A stretch of 64,000 nt of DNA. Origin: a virus. The position numbers and the translations under genes are program-made. Within the stretch, counting starts at the first letter, position 1. Each line of letters starts with the position of its first letter. This document shows, one piece after another, positions 15,807-25,978 of the stretch. The notes beneath the pieces are model-generated. The model saw only the letters and a program-made list of their open reading frames with translations. It searched no databases and was not told where the DNA came from. Where the stretch lies: positions 19,055 through 83,054 of the IMG/VR virus record IMGVR_UViG_3300043403_000051. One strand, written 5' to 3'.

Positions 15807-16322
15807 ATGATTAAAAAAACAACACTCACATTTGATTATTTAGATGTAGATGATTTACACACAATTCCCTTATTGGATTTAAGTCAATATCATGAAAATC
15901 CTGATAGTCCTGTATTTATTGTTAAGACACCTGGAATAGAGTCTTCTGTGAAAGTTCCCTATAATCCAAACAAATTAAATATATTGAATTCTCATATTTT
16001 AGGCTTAACTTTGCATAACGGAGATTTTGCAATACTTCAAGATGGAGTATACGAAATTACACAAGCAATTTGCCCATATGAGTCTGTAAATTATACAAAA
16101 TTTATATTTAGAGATTCTACATTAAAGCAAATTTTATATAAAAATCTTGAGCAAAAAACAATATGTTGTGATTGTCCAGATTCAGCAGTAATAGAATCAA
16201 AAGTATCAAAAATTAATTTTTTATTAGCATCTGCAAAAGCAAATGCAGTTTTTGGTAAAAAAGATATAGCAACAGAACTATATCAAAAAGCATTAAAAAT
16301 TGTTAATAGTTTAACAGATTAA
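15807..16322 (+). CDS. Virion protein, possible fibre hub
   Basis: LQDGVYEI motif followed by a helical C terminus; position before fibre genes. Confidence 0.45.
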   Translation: MIKKTTLTFDYLDVDDLHTIPLLDLSQYHENPDSPVFIVKTPGIESSVKVPYNPNKLNILNSHILGLTLHNGDFAILQDGVYEITQAICPYESVNYTKFIFRDSTLKQILYKNLEQKTICCDCPDSAVIESKVSKINFLLASAKANAVFGKKDIATELYQKALKIVNSLTD

Positions 16323-16323
16323 T

Positions 16324-16599
16324 ATGTGTAGTAGTTGTGGAAAAAGTTCAACCCCTTACATTCAAACAATAGTACAACAAACTATTATAGAACCATGTAA
16401 CTATGTATTAAATGATGCAATTTTTTTCTTTAACATATTAAAGTGTATGAAAGAAAAAAGTTTAATTGATTCACAAACATTGAATTCATATAATGGTGTT
16501 TTAAAATCTGTATTTAATTCACCAACATATATATGTTCCTTTAAAAGGAATCTTGATATTATACAAAATCATATTTTAAGTTTAAACGATTGTTTATGA
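16324..16599 (+). CDS. Hypothetical Cys-containing protein
   Basis: Starts MCSSCG; in operon. Confidence 0.6.
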   Translation: MCSSCGKSSTPYIQTIVQQTIIEPCNYVLNDAIFFFNILKCMKEKSLIDSQTLNSYNGVLKSVFNSPTYICSFKRNLDIIQNHILSLNDCL

Positions 16600-16754
16600 A
16601 TAATAGATTAGAAAATTTATCGGTAAACGGCAAAAAACTTTTGGATAATATAAAATATGGTTTGAAAAATAAAATTAACTATTGTTCTATTTATAAAGAT
16701 ATATATCTTGTAGAAAAAAGCAATAAACAAAAAAATAGAAAAGCATTATACTAA
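16596..16754 (+). CDS. Small basic protein (52 aa), not in the ORF track
   Basis: ATGA overlap with the upstream gene and TAATG overlap with the downstream gene fill the gap exactly. Confidence 0.6.
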   Translation: MNNRLENLSVNGKKLLDNIKYGLKNKINYCSIYKDIYLVEKSNKQKNRKALY

Positions 16755-17218
16755 TGGAACCTTTCGTTTTTGCAAAAAATAAAAATACATGTTCTGCTGT
16801 CATATCAGCATCTTGTGTATTATGGCCTGGCTATAAGTTAGAATCTTTTGATTATACTAACGTGCAATGTGTGCTACAAGTAGATGATATTATACTAAGT
16901 ATTGATAAACTATTAAACAAAATAAATAAGGCAATTTCCACAAATGATTTAACAAGACAATGTTTAATTGTTGAAGATACTGAAAAATTAAATTCTTATG
17001 TTAAAAGTTTGGTTTCCAATTATTGTCAATTAAAAGAAGATTTTGATACTTTAAAAGAAGATTTTGATAACTTAGACGTTTTTCAAAAAGTACTAAATAT
17101 AGACTTATCATGTATTTTAGGACAATATAATTGTACTCCTGGTAATGAACATAAACTTTCATTTATTTTGTCAACTCTTGCAAAGGAAATTTGTTCACTA
17201 AAAACACAAATTAACTAA
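16754..17218 (+). CDS. Cys-rich coiled-coil virion protein
   Basis: SASCVLW module similar to N termini of the next two genes. Confidence 0.55.
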   Translation: MEPFVFAKNKNTCSAVISASCVLWPGYKLESFDYTNVQCVLQVDDIILSIDKLLNKINKAISTNDLTRQCLIVEDTEKLNSYVKSLVSNYCQLKEDFDTLKEDFDNLDVFQKVLNIDLSCILGQYNCTPGNEHKLSFILSTLAKEICSLKTQIN

Positions 17219-19119
17219 TGTCAACTACAAACTGTGGATGTCCTGAAACTCCATGTACTGCTACTATTGACCCTTGCACAAACAAAGGTTGTCCAATTCC
17301 GCCAACTGATGCGGAATGTATATATTTTAATTTATTTTCAGATAGTGGATTACCATGTATAGGTGTTACAGGTGGGACAAATTTAAAAACTATTTTAGAG
17401 AAAATAGATGTAAAATTATGTAGTATAAATCCATATGATTTTAGTGCTTATGATTTAAAATGTTTAGATGATACTACTACAATATTAACATTTAAAAATT
17501 TTGCAGAAGCTGTTGCAACACAATTGTGTCAGGCTAAAACAAATATTGCAACTTTAACAAATACATTATCCGCTCTATCAACAACAGTTGACGTAAATAA
17601 TGTTCCTGTTATTGCAGATAATTGTTCTATAGGGATATTACCAAATGACACAGTAAAACAAGTTCTACAAAAACTTGTAAATAAAATTTGTACGTTAACT
17701 CCAACAGATGTCAGTCCATCAATAGGTGTATCAAGTACGAATAGTATTTCATTTTTAGCGTCAGGTACAAAAAATCATAATATATCAGCAAATGTTAGAG
17801 TATCTCCAAATATTGGTAATACTTTACAAACATTAGTAAATGGATTATATGTTGCCACACCTGCGTCAGTAGCTGCACAAACATTAAGTTATAATACACT
17901 ATCAAGAGAATTAGCTATATCGGGTGGTAATTCGATAACACTTCCACCAGACTTAGATAATCAAACACTTTCGTTAAATTTATTAACAAATATATTAACT
18001 ATAAGCGGTGGTAACTCTGTTGATTTTACTCCATTATTTTCTGCAATTTCTATAACAGAAACTGATATAACAGCAAACGATAGTCAAACAATTAATTTTA
18101 CTACATCGGGAACAGCAGACCATACCTTAACAGGAAGTGTAATTGTTGACAATACTCAACCCAACGCTCTTATTGCAAATAGTAATGGTTTATATGTAGC
18201 CCCCGTTTCAGTTCCACTGCAAACAGGACAAAATGGTATTACAACAAATCTTGGATTAATTGAACTTGGCGGAAGCCTTATAAAAGATACGGTATTATCA
18301 GAAGTTACAGGAACTCATGAATTTGCGCTTGAGGCAAAAAATATTTGGTTTGGTAATGATTATCTTACATATCTAAATAATTTTGATATTACTCAATTTG
18401 GGGTTGTGTCAACAAAAAATGTTACAGATTTTTTAACATATAGTAATATGTTAAGCTCATTTGACTTAACTATAGACGGTGGATTTTCAACAGGTAAGGT
18501 ATTTACAGCAAGTAATAATGGATTAGTTTTAAATTTAGATAGTTCATCAACTGTTCCCAACTCTACAGTTGTTGGTGCAAATGTCAGTACAGTTAATCTT
18601 AAAACAAATAACGAAAATTTAACATTTTCTCAAGCTACAGATTTAGTTGGTACATCAGTAAGAGCTTTATATACATCAAGATTATCTTTTCAAATTTTAG
18701 AGGAAACAACAACATCTTCTACAATCAGTCATGCAGCAACCCTTGCTATTGGCTCTCCTTATTATGTACCTGGTGGTGTAGATTTTGCTACAATAACAAA
18801 TTACTATGGAATTTTATTAAATAGGTCTAATTCTTTTAATTTAAGTCTTATTACTAATAGATGGGGTATTTATCAAGAAGGAGAAAGTGATAATAACTAT
18901 TTTGCAGGATTTACAAGTTTTGGAAATACAACTACGCCAACCTCTCAAATAGATATTGCTACAACAAATGGTTATCAAGCCCTTCGTTTAAGAAATGATT
19001 ATACTCCAAGCGCAACAGGTGATACTAACGGAGAAATTGGTAATATTACATGGGATGATAGCTTTATTTATATAAAGACATCCGTTGGTTGGAAAAAAGC
19101 AACATTAGCAGCAATATAA
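17218..19119 (+). CDS. Tail fibre protein
   Basis: Cys-rich N terminus, repeated QTLS...L.ISGGNS, C-terminal GEIGNITWDDSFIYIKT..WKK. Confidence 0.75.
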   Translation: MSTTNCGCPETPCTATIDPCTNKGCPIPPTDAECIYFNLFSDSGLPCIGVTGGTNLKTILEKIDVKLCSINPYDFSAYDLKCLDDTTTILTFKNFAEAVATQLCQAKTNIATLTNTLSALSTTVDVNNVPVIADNCSIGILPNDTVKQVLQKLVNKICTLTPTDVSPSIGVSSTNSISFLASGTKNHNISANVRVSPNIGNTLQTLVNGLYVATPASVAAQTLSYNTLSRELAISGGNSITLPPDLDNQTLSLNLLTNILTISGGNSVDFTPLFSAISITETDITANDSQTINFTTSGTADHTLTGSVIVDNTQPNALIANSNGLYVAPVSVPLQTGQNGITTNLGLIELGGSLIKDTVLSEVTGTHEFALEAKNIWFGNDYLTYLNNFDITQFGVVSTKNVTDFLTYSNMLSSFDLTIDGGFSTGKVFTASNNGLVLNLDSSSTVPNSTVVGANVSTVNLKTNNENLTFSQATDLVGTSVRALYTSRLSFQILEETTTSSTISHAATLAIGSPYYVPGGVDFATITNYYGILLNRSNSFNLSLITNRWGIYQEGESDNNYFAGFTSFGNTTTPTSQIDIATTNGYQALRLRNDYTPSATGDTNGEIGNITWDDSFIYIKTSVGWKKATLAAI

Positions 19120-19130
19120 AATAATATATA

Positions 19131-20726
19131 ATGAATAATTGTGGGTGCAATAACTCAAGTTCTGTGTACAACTTAGATATAAACTGTTCACCATGTACAT
19201 CAAAAAAATGTTCGTATTTTCTTGACTCAGCATGTGTTTACTTTAAATTAGATGAACCATCTATTGCAAGGTTGTCCTGTTTAGATATTGGTGGTAACAC
19301 ATCACTTGAAGACATAATCGTTAAAATAAATACTTTATTGTGTGATGGGGTAGATGTTAATATTCTTACAAGAAATGGAATATCACAGACTGATTCATAT
19401 GTGGAACTTGGGGGTAATCTTACAAAAGATACTACTATAAACACAACAATTTATGATTTTATCATATCAGGAGAGTTATTTAAATTACCCATGTACCCAT
19501 CATCAAGAGATGACTTTGATGAAGATACCGTAAATTTTCTTTTTACTCTACCAGATGGTAATATACAATCAGGTAGTTTATCAGAACTACAAGAAACTTT
19601 TTTTAGTAGTGTTTTAACATTTAATAATGGGTTAACAAGAACAAGTAATACTATAACACTTGGGGGAAATTTAATTGAACCTACTGTTATTGATGCTGCT
19701 ACAGAAGGAGATTTAGTAACAAATACTCTTTGGATTAAGAATAATACTGCCATAGGAGGATTTAATAATACAGATGTAGCAGTATTACAAGTTGTACATT
19801 CTGCAAATGCAACAAGATTTGATGTAAATCCTTTATATGTAAATAAAGTTTATATTGATGATAGTCCTACTGTAGATAGTTATGCTATTCTTGGATTTCA
19901 GTCAATGGCCACTGATGCTACAAATACATTAGACCTAACAGGAGTTTATAATGCCAGTATATCAGGTATTATATCACAACCGTCTAATGCTAATATTGAT
20001 GGTAATATTAATTGCTTTGCAGCAAGATTAGGCGTTAATGCAGCTATAGATGGAGAAGGTGGAGATATAGAATCAGTTACATTATATAGAGCAGTATCAT
20101 CTGTTGATGCATATATACCCGAAAATTATGGGGGAACAATACCTAATATATATGGTTTCTATTGTGAAGATTTATCTACTATTGTAAATAATGATGATAC
20201 AGCAACTATAACTAATAGTTGGGGTATTTATCAAGCTGGAGCAAGTGATGTAAACTATTTTAATGGTAATACAGGATTTGGTACTACTACTCCTTCTGTA
20301 CCAGTAGAAATATATGGAGTAGTTAATACTTCTACATTTACTGGTTTAAGAGTAGTAAATAATGCTCCCTCAAGTGGAAATGCTAAAATTGAAATAGTTG
20401 GTGGAAATGCAATGAACAGAACAGTAAGTATTAATGACCAAGGAATAACTGCCAATCATGGAGCATTATTTATTGGTTCTACTGATAGAGTGTTAATTGA
20501 TAATAGATTAGGAGTAGGAGTTTCATCTTTTCAAACAACTGCCGCACTGCAAGTAGATAGTACAACTCAAGGATTTTTACCACCAAGAATGACAGCAACA
20601 CAAGGTAGTGCAATAGCAAGTCCAGCAGAAGGATTATTAATTTACGTAACGAATACAAATGGTACTTTTACTTCAAAAGGATTTTGGGGATATACAGGTG
20701 CAGCTTGGGAAAAATTAAACAATTAA
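19131..20726 (+). CDS. Tail fibre/spike protein
   Basis: Cys-rich N terminus; NG...LGG.L repeats; C-terminal ALQVDSTTQGFLPPRMT...GLLIY typical of Bacteroidota fibres. Confidence 0.75.
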   Translation: MNNCGCNNSSSVYNLDINCSPCTSKKCSYFLDSACVYFKLDEPSIARLSCLDIGGNTSLEDIIVKINTLLCDGVDVNILTRNGISQTDSYVELGGNLTKDTTINTTIYDFIISGELFKLPMYPSSRDDFDEDTVNFLFTLPDGNIQSGSLSELQETFFSSVLTFNNGLTRTSNTITLGGNLIEPTVIDAATEGDLVTNTLWIKNNTAIGGFNNTDVAVLQVVHSANATRFDVNPLYVNKVYIDDSPTVDSYAILGFQSMATDATNTLDLTGVYNASISGIISQPSNANIDGNINCFAARLGVNAAIDGEGGDIESVTLYRAVSSVDAYIPENYGGTIPNIYGFYCEDLSTIVNNDDTATITNSWGIYQAGASDVNYFNGNTGFGTTTPSVPVEIYGVVNTSTFTGLRVVNNAPSSGNAKIEIVGGNAMNRTVSINDQGITANHGALFIGSTDRVLIDNRLGVGVSSFQTTAALQVDSTTQGFLPPRMTATQGSAIASPAEGLLIYVTNTNGTFTSKGFWGYTGAAWEKLNN

Positions 20727-20738
20727 AGAAGTAATAGA

Positions 20739-21329
20739 ATGGATTTTAATGCAGCAAAGGATATAGGAGAAACATTAACAATTTTAGTAATTGCTATTAG
20801 TGGTTCAATTAAGTGGTTTCAGGAGCACAAAAAGAAAAAAAATAAACCAGATTTAAATGATGATGATTATGATGATATGATAGGTGATATCATGGAAGGA
20901 ATCAAAGAAAGATTAAATTCTTATCGTTGTAGTTATTGGGCATTTAGCAATGGTAGTAAAACAGCAGATGGGTATAGTTTGAAGTATTTTAGTATTATGG
21001 CTGAACGTAATAGAGAAGATGCAGCAAGTGTATTACGTGAAATGCAAAACTTACCAGTAGCTGGATTTAAGAGAAATATGAATAGGTTAAAAGTAACTAA
21101 ACGTTTCATATTTACAGATGAAACAAAAGAAAATGACGAATTATCAAAGTTTCATTTAGCATATAATGTAAAATCTGCTTTGTTTTATAAAATAAATACT
21201 CAAGGAAAATGGAATGGTATTTTAGGTATTACATTTGATGAAGTTATCACTCTATCTGAAATAGATGAAGCGTGGCTTGAAAAACAAGTAGAGAGAATAG
21301 AGTATCAAGTTTCTAAAATGAATAAATGA
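20739..21329 (+). CDS. Single-TM holin-like protein with probable GAF-like domain
   Basis: N-terminal hydrophobic helix, KKKKNK, soluble domain ending WNGILGITF. Confidence 0.45.
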   Translation: MDFNAAKDIGETLTILVIAISGSIKWFQEHKKKKNKPDLNDDDYDDMIGDIMEGIKERLNSYRCSYWAFSNGSKTADGYSLKYFSIMAERNREDAASVLREMQNLPVAGFKRNMNRLKVTKRFIFTDETKENDELSKFHLAYNVKSALFYKINTQGKWNGILGITFDEVITLSEIDEAWLEKQVERIEYQVSKMNK

Positions 21330-21619
21330 AAAAGTTTTTATTAAACCTTTTAAAACCTAATTCAGGTACAAGTAGTAGAAGATTAATAGCATTAAGTTAT
21401 TTAATTCCTTCTATTATTGGTGTTATGATAGGGTACTTTTCTAAGGATTTTAGATATTTTTTAACATCTACAATATATACCTTTTTAGTATTATTTATGG
21501 CTTATTTTTCATTAAGTTGGGAAACTATTGTAAAATTAACAACTAATATTAAAGATTTCTTTAAAAAAGAAGAATCTATTGTTGAGTCTACAACTAATCC
21601 TTTAGAACCTCCAATATGA
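21326..21619 (+). CDS. Two-TM holin-like membrane protein
   Basis: SSRR followed by two hydrophobic segments. Confidence 0.5.
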   Translation: MKKFLLNLLKPNSGTSSRRLIALSYLIPSIIGVMIGYFSKDFRYFLTSTIYTFLVLFMAYFSLSWETIVKLTTNIKDFFKKEESIVESTTNPLEPPI

Positions 21620-22713
21620 GAATAAAAACAATTTCAAGCATTTTTAATAAGTGCTTAATACAATATCCTGATGCAATTTTAGTAAATGAATCAGCAGTAG
21701 TTAATATAGATATTGATTTATCATTAGATATTTATGAATTTAATTTAAGAATAATTAAAGGAATGTGTAATATCAAAGGTGGTTCAGAACAGTCTTGCTT
21801 ATGGGGATATTATGAATACTTAGAAAGATTTTATGGTTATATTTGGAAATCTCCTACTATAACAGTAAAGAATAAAACTATAGTTACTCCTCTTAGAGAT
21901 TTAAATGTTACATATGAGTTACCATATGTAATGTGTGAATGGAAGAAAGTATTAAATAAAGATGTTAGAGAATGGTTAAACATACATAGATGTATTTCAA
22001 GAAGAAATAGGGATACATTTATAGAAGTTTCCCTTCAAAAAGATTGGGCATTAGACCCAAATAACATTAATCTAATAGCAAGAGATACTAATGGAAGCCT
22101 TCAAAAAGTAAATGAAGATGGAGATTTTGTTAAGTTTCAATATGATAATCCAATATTTATTAATAAAGTAATAGAGCAATTAAGTAATATTGATTTAGAT
22201 ATATTAAACTTATTTCCTCCTGATGGTACTAATTTTGATAGCTTTTCAATCCCTGCTAAAAATACACTTTATGTTAAAAGAGGATGGTATTCTTTAACAG
22301 AATATTTTTTACAATACTATACCAAAATAGCAAATGCTATACCAAATAAAAGATTTGATATTTTAGCATATTCATCATATAAACAATTTCCTGATAAAAC
22401 AAATTTTGATGGAAGCAGGTTTAATTGTTTTTTTGTTCCAACAAATGATTATATTAATTATATAAGGTGGATGGAATCAGGATGTGATATGTATTATAGA
22501 CCTAATTATTGGAACAAGCAAATAGATACAAAAGAAGATTTTATTGCTGAAGCAGATGGTTTTAGAAAAATGAAATCAATAGGGTTTAAAGGATATGTAA
22601 TGGATGGATTTGAAAATGATTTTAACAAATATGGGTTAAGATATTATTTACATGCTCGTCAAACATATAAGAACAAAAGCATAGAAGATTTAATAAAAGA
22701 ATATGAGTCCTAG
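21616..22713 (+). CDS. DUF4838/glycoside hydrolase-like protein
   Basis: IKGGSEQSCLWGYYEYLERFYGYIW resembles the N-terminal GH20/GH67-type domain; ILAYSSY motif. Confidence 0.45.
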   Translation: MRIKTISSIFNKCLIQYPDAILVNESAVVNIDIDLSLDIYEFNLRIIKGMCNIKGGSEQSCLWGYYEYLERFYGYIWKSPTITVKNKTIVTPLRDLNVTYELPYVMCEWKKVLNKDVREWLNIHRCISRRNRDTFIEVSLQKDWALDPNNINLIARDTNGSLQKVNEDGDFVKFQYDNPIFINKVIEQLSNIDLDILNLFPPDGTNFDSFSIPAKNTLYVKRGWYSLTEYFLQYYTKIANAIPNKRFDILAYSSYKQFPDKTNFDGSRFNCFFVPTNDYINYIRWMESGCDMYYRPNYWNKQIDTKEDFIAEADGFRKMKSIGFKGYVMDGFENDFNKYGLRYYLHARQTYKNKSIEDLIKEYES

Positions 22714-25108
22714 AGAATTTGATATAGCAATTATGAACTTAAAGCGTAGGTTAAAATGCCTAAGCTGCGAAGACGTTGAGATAAATGCTCAAATTCAAGA
22801 TATTCTTGATAGGTTAACTATTTTAGAAGAAGGTGGAGGTGGAGATTTAACAGAAATCTTACAAAGACTTGATGATTTAGAAGCTGCTGTATCAATTATA
22901 GAAGGAGACATTACAACAATAAACTCTACCTTATTAACCAAGGCAGATTTAGTATTAGGTGTAGTTCCTTTAGCTCAACTTCCAGTTCAAACATTTACTA
23001 CATATGTAAATACATATGCTGATTTACCTGCTGCTAATACAGTAACAGGTCAGAAATATGGAGTAATAAATTCACAAGGTACAAATTGGTTGCCGGGAAC
23101 ATTAGGTGGAACATATTATAGTAAAGGATATTATTATAGTGATGGTGCAGTTTGGATATTTATGGGTTCTTTCCCTTTCCAAGCAACACAAAGCGATGTA
23201 AATGCTGGAATAATAACAGACCAATTTGTTAGTCCTGCTACATTTGAAGGTGCAAGTAAATGGAGTACACATAATCAAGCATGGAGTACAATAATAAGTA
23301 CACCAACTACATTAAGCGGTTATGGTATTACAGATGCTATTGATGGTAGTGGTACAACAAATCAATTATCTTATTGGGTTGATTCAAATACACTTGGTTC
23401 TCTTACTACTGCTACATATCCATCATTAACTGAACTATCCTATATTAAAGGACTTACATCTGCTATTCAAACTCAATTAAATAATAAATGGGGTAATACA
23501 GGAAATGCAGGAACAATAGCAGGTGCAAACTTTATTGGTACAATAGATGATATAGATTTTGTAATAAAAAGAAATAATCAAAGTGCTGCTAGGTTTTATG
23601 AAAATTCACTTAGTTTAATTGCAGCAGGTACAGCACCTTATGGTTCATTTTTTTTAGGTTCTAACTCAGGTAGTGCTGCAACAAATGCTTTATATTCAAA
23701 CTTTTTAGGTTCTAACTCAGGTAATGCTGCAACAAATGCTTCTAATTCAAATCTTTTTGGTTTTAATAGCGGTTATCAAGCAACAAATGCTTCATATTCA
23801 AATTTTATTGGAGCAAATACAGGATTCCAAGCAACAAATGCTTCATATTCAAATCTTTTTGGTTATCAAGTAGGTTATAGTTTTATTTCTAATAACATTG
23901 GTTCTAACAACATTATTATTGGTACAAATATTTCTTTACCTAATGCTACTGCAAATGCTATAAATTTAGGAGGAGTGCTATTTGGTACAGGAACATATGC
24001 AACTACAACAGGTAATCCATCTATTATAGGTAGTAGTGGTGGAAAAATTGGCATTCTTACACCTACTCCCACTTCTACATTTTCTGTAGGAGCATCATCT
24101 CAATTCCAAGTAGATTCTTTAGGGGCTATTGCAGCAGCATTATCTCTTACTTTAACAGGTAATATTTCATCTACAGCATGGACAACTAATGGTATAAGAA
24201 TAAGAGGAATATCCTCAACGTTCACTGACACAAGTTCAAGTGGTACTGTAGCAACAGCATATACAAATGTATTAGGTGGAAACACAATTGCAGCAAGTAA
24301 TTCAACAACCTTTACAAATTATATAACAACTTTTTTAAGAGACCCTGTAGCAGGTTCTTTAGTAACATTTACAAATAAATATGCATTAGGTGCAGAGAGT
24401 GCAATATTTGGAACAAGTAATCAAGTAGCTATATCAAATGCAGGTATAATTACAGCAAACTCTTTAACAGCATCATTATTAATAGCAACAGATGCAAGTA
24501 AGAATTTAGTATCTTTAGCAACAGCTACATATCCTTCTCTAACTGAATTAAGTTATGTTAAGGGTGTTACAAGTGCAATTCAAACTCAATTAAATACAAA
24601 AGCTGCTACATTAAGTGGAACAAATAATGAAATAGCATATTTCAATAGTTCATCTACAATAGCATCTCTTGCAGTTTCTACATATCCAAATTTAACAGAA
24701 CTTTCATATGTAAAAGGTGTAACTTCAGCAATTCAAACACAAATTAACGCATTACCAGCAGCAAGTAGTACAACTACATTTACTAATAAAAGAATAACAA
24801 AAAGAACAGGAACTACAACATCTTCTGCTACACCAACTATAAATACAGATAATGTTGATATGTATTTAATAACTGCTCAAACAGCAGATATTACTTCTTT
24901 CACAACAAATCTTTCAGGAACACCAACTGAAGGCCAAACATTATGGATAGTTATAACTGGTACAGCAGCAAGAGCAATTACATGGGGTACTTCATTTGAA
25001 GCTTCAACAATAGCTTTACCAACAACGACTGTAAGTACTAATAGATTAGATATAGGTTTTGTTTGGAATTCAGTAACATCAAAATGGAGATGTATAGCTT
25101 CAGCATAA
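22703..25108 (+). CDS. Tail fibre protein with internal repeats
   Basis: Coiled-coil N terminus, PTTLSGYGITDA, three TYPSLTELSYVKGVTSAIQTQLN-like repeats, 14-aa ATNASYSNFxG repeats. Confidence 0.8.
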   Translation: MSPREFDIAIMNLKRRLKCLSCEDVEINAQIQDILDRLTILEEGGGGDLTEILQRLDDLEAAVSIIEGDITTINSTLLTKADLVLGVVPLAQLPVQTFTTYVNTYADLPAANTVTGQKYGVINSQGTNWLPGTLGGTYYSKGYYYSDGAVWIFMGSFPFQATQSDVNAGIITDQFVSPATFEGASKWSTHNQAWSTIISTPTTLSGYGITDAIDGSGTTNQLSYWVDSNTLGSLTTATYPSLTELSYIKGLTSAIQTQLNNKWGNTGNAGTIAGANFIGTIDDIDFVIKRNNQSAARFYENSLSLIAAGTAPYGSFFLGSNSGSAATNALYSNFLGSNSGNAATNASNSNLFGFNSGYQATNASYSNFIGANTGFQATNASYSNLFGYQVGYSFISNNIGSNNIIIGTNISLPNATANAINLGGVLFGTGTYATTTGNPSIIGSSGGKIGILTPTPTSTFSVGASSQFQVDSLGAIAAALSLTLTGNISSTAWTTNGIRIRGISSTFTDTSSSGTVATAYTNVLGGNTIAASNSTTFTNYITTFLRDPVAGSLVTFTNKYALGAESAIFGTSNQVAISNAGIITANSLTASLLIATDASKNLVSLATATYPSLTELSYVKGVTSAIQTQLNTKAATLSGTNNEIAYFNSSSTIASLAVSTYPNLTELSYVKGVTSAIQTQINALPAASSTTTFTNKRITKRTGTTTSSATPTINTDNVDMYLITAQTADITSFTTNLSGTPTEGQTLWIVITGTAARAITWGTSFEASTIALPTTTVSTNRLDIGFVWNSVTSKWRCIASA

Positions 25109-25115
25109 TAAAATC

Positions 25116-25802
25116 ATGGCAGTAGAAACATTTACATCAAGTACATCATGGGTATGCCCCGCAGGAGTAACATCTGTTACTGTTGAATTATGGGGAGGTG
25201 GTGGTGGTGGTGCGGGGTCAGGTGCTACCACTAATAGAGGTGGTGGTGGTGGAGCAGGTGGTGCTTATTCAATAAAAGTGATTTCTGTAACTCCAGGGAA
25301 TAGTTATACTATTACTATTGGAGCAGGAGGTAGTGCAGGAGGTGCTAATACAAGTGGGGCAGTAGGAGGAGATAGTTGGTTTTCAGCCGTAGGAACTGCA
25401 TTTGCTCAAGGTGGAGCGTTTGGTGTGGTTGGTTCAGGAACTCAATTGGGTGGAGTAGGTTCATCAGCTTCTTCAATTGGAGACACCGTTTATAAAGGTG
25501 GAGATGGTGCAAATGGAACAAGTGCGTTATCAGGTGGTGGCGGTGGCGGTGCTGGTTCAACAGGTATTGGTAATAGTGCATCTGGTATAACAGCAGGAGC
25601 AGCTAAATCATTAAATGGTGGAGGCGGTGGTAATGGTAGAAATACTCAAGCCGCTGGTATAGCAGGAAATATATATGGTGGAGGCGGTGGAGCAGGATTC
25701 AATGTATCAGCTTCAAGAGGTGGAGCAGCAGGAGCACAAGGTTTTTGCCAATTAACTTATTTTTCAAGTGCAGCTAATAGTAACTTTTTTCAATTTATGT
25801 AA
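25116..25802 (+). CDS. Glycine-rich fibre tip protein
   Basis: PAGVTSVTVELWGGGGGG...VTPGNSYTITIGAGG typical of phage Gly-rich domains. Confidence 0.75.
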   Translation: MAVETFTSSTSWVCPAGVTSVTVELWGGGGGGAGSGATTNRGGGGGAGGAYSIKVISVTPGNSYTITIGAGGSAGGANTSGAVGGDSWFSAVGTAFAQGGAFGVVGSGTQLGGVGSSASSIGDTVYKGGDGANGTSALSGGGGGGAGSTGIGNSASGITAGAAKSLNGGGGGNGRNTQAAGIAGNIYGGGGGAGFNVSASRGGAAGAQGFCQLTYFSSAANSNFFQFM

Positions 25803-25978
25803 TGAGAATAGCATTAATTAAAAATAAAATCGTAGAAAATATTATCATTTGTGATAGTATAGATTTTGCAAAGGTAATATTACCAGATTATGAATATGTA
25901 GATGTAACTAATCTATATGTATCAACTGAATTTATATATGAAAACAACAAATTTACAAATCCTAATGAAGAAGTATAA
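25802..25978 (+). CDS. Small putative fibre-assembly protein (58 aa), not in the ORF track
   Basis: MRIALIKNKIVENIIICD...; TAATG-coupled to the Gly-rich gene. Confidence 0.6.
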   Translation: MRIALIKNKIVENIIICDSIDFAKVILPDYEYVDVTNLYVSTEFIYENNKFTNPNEEV

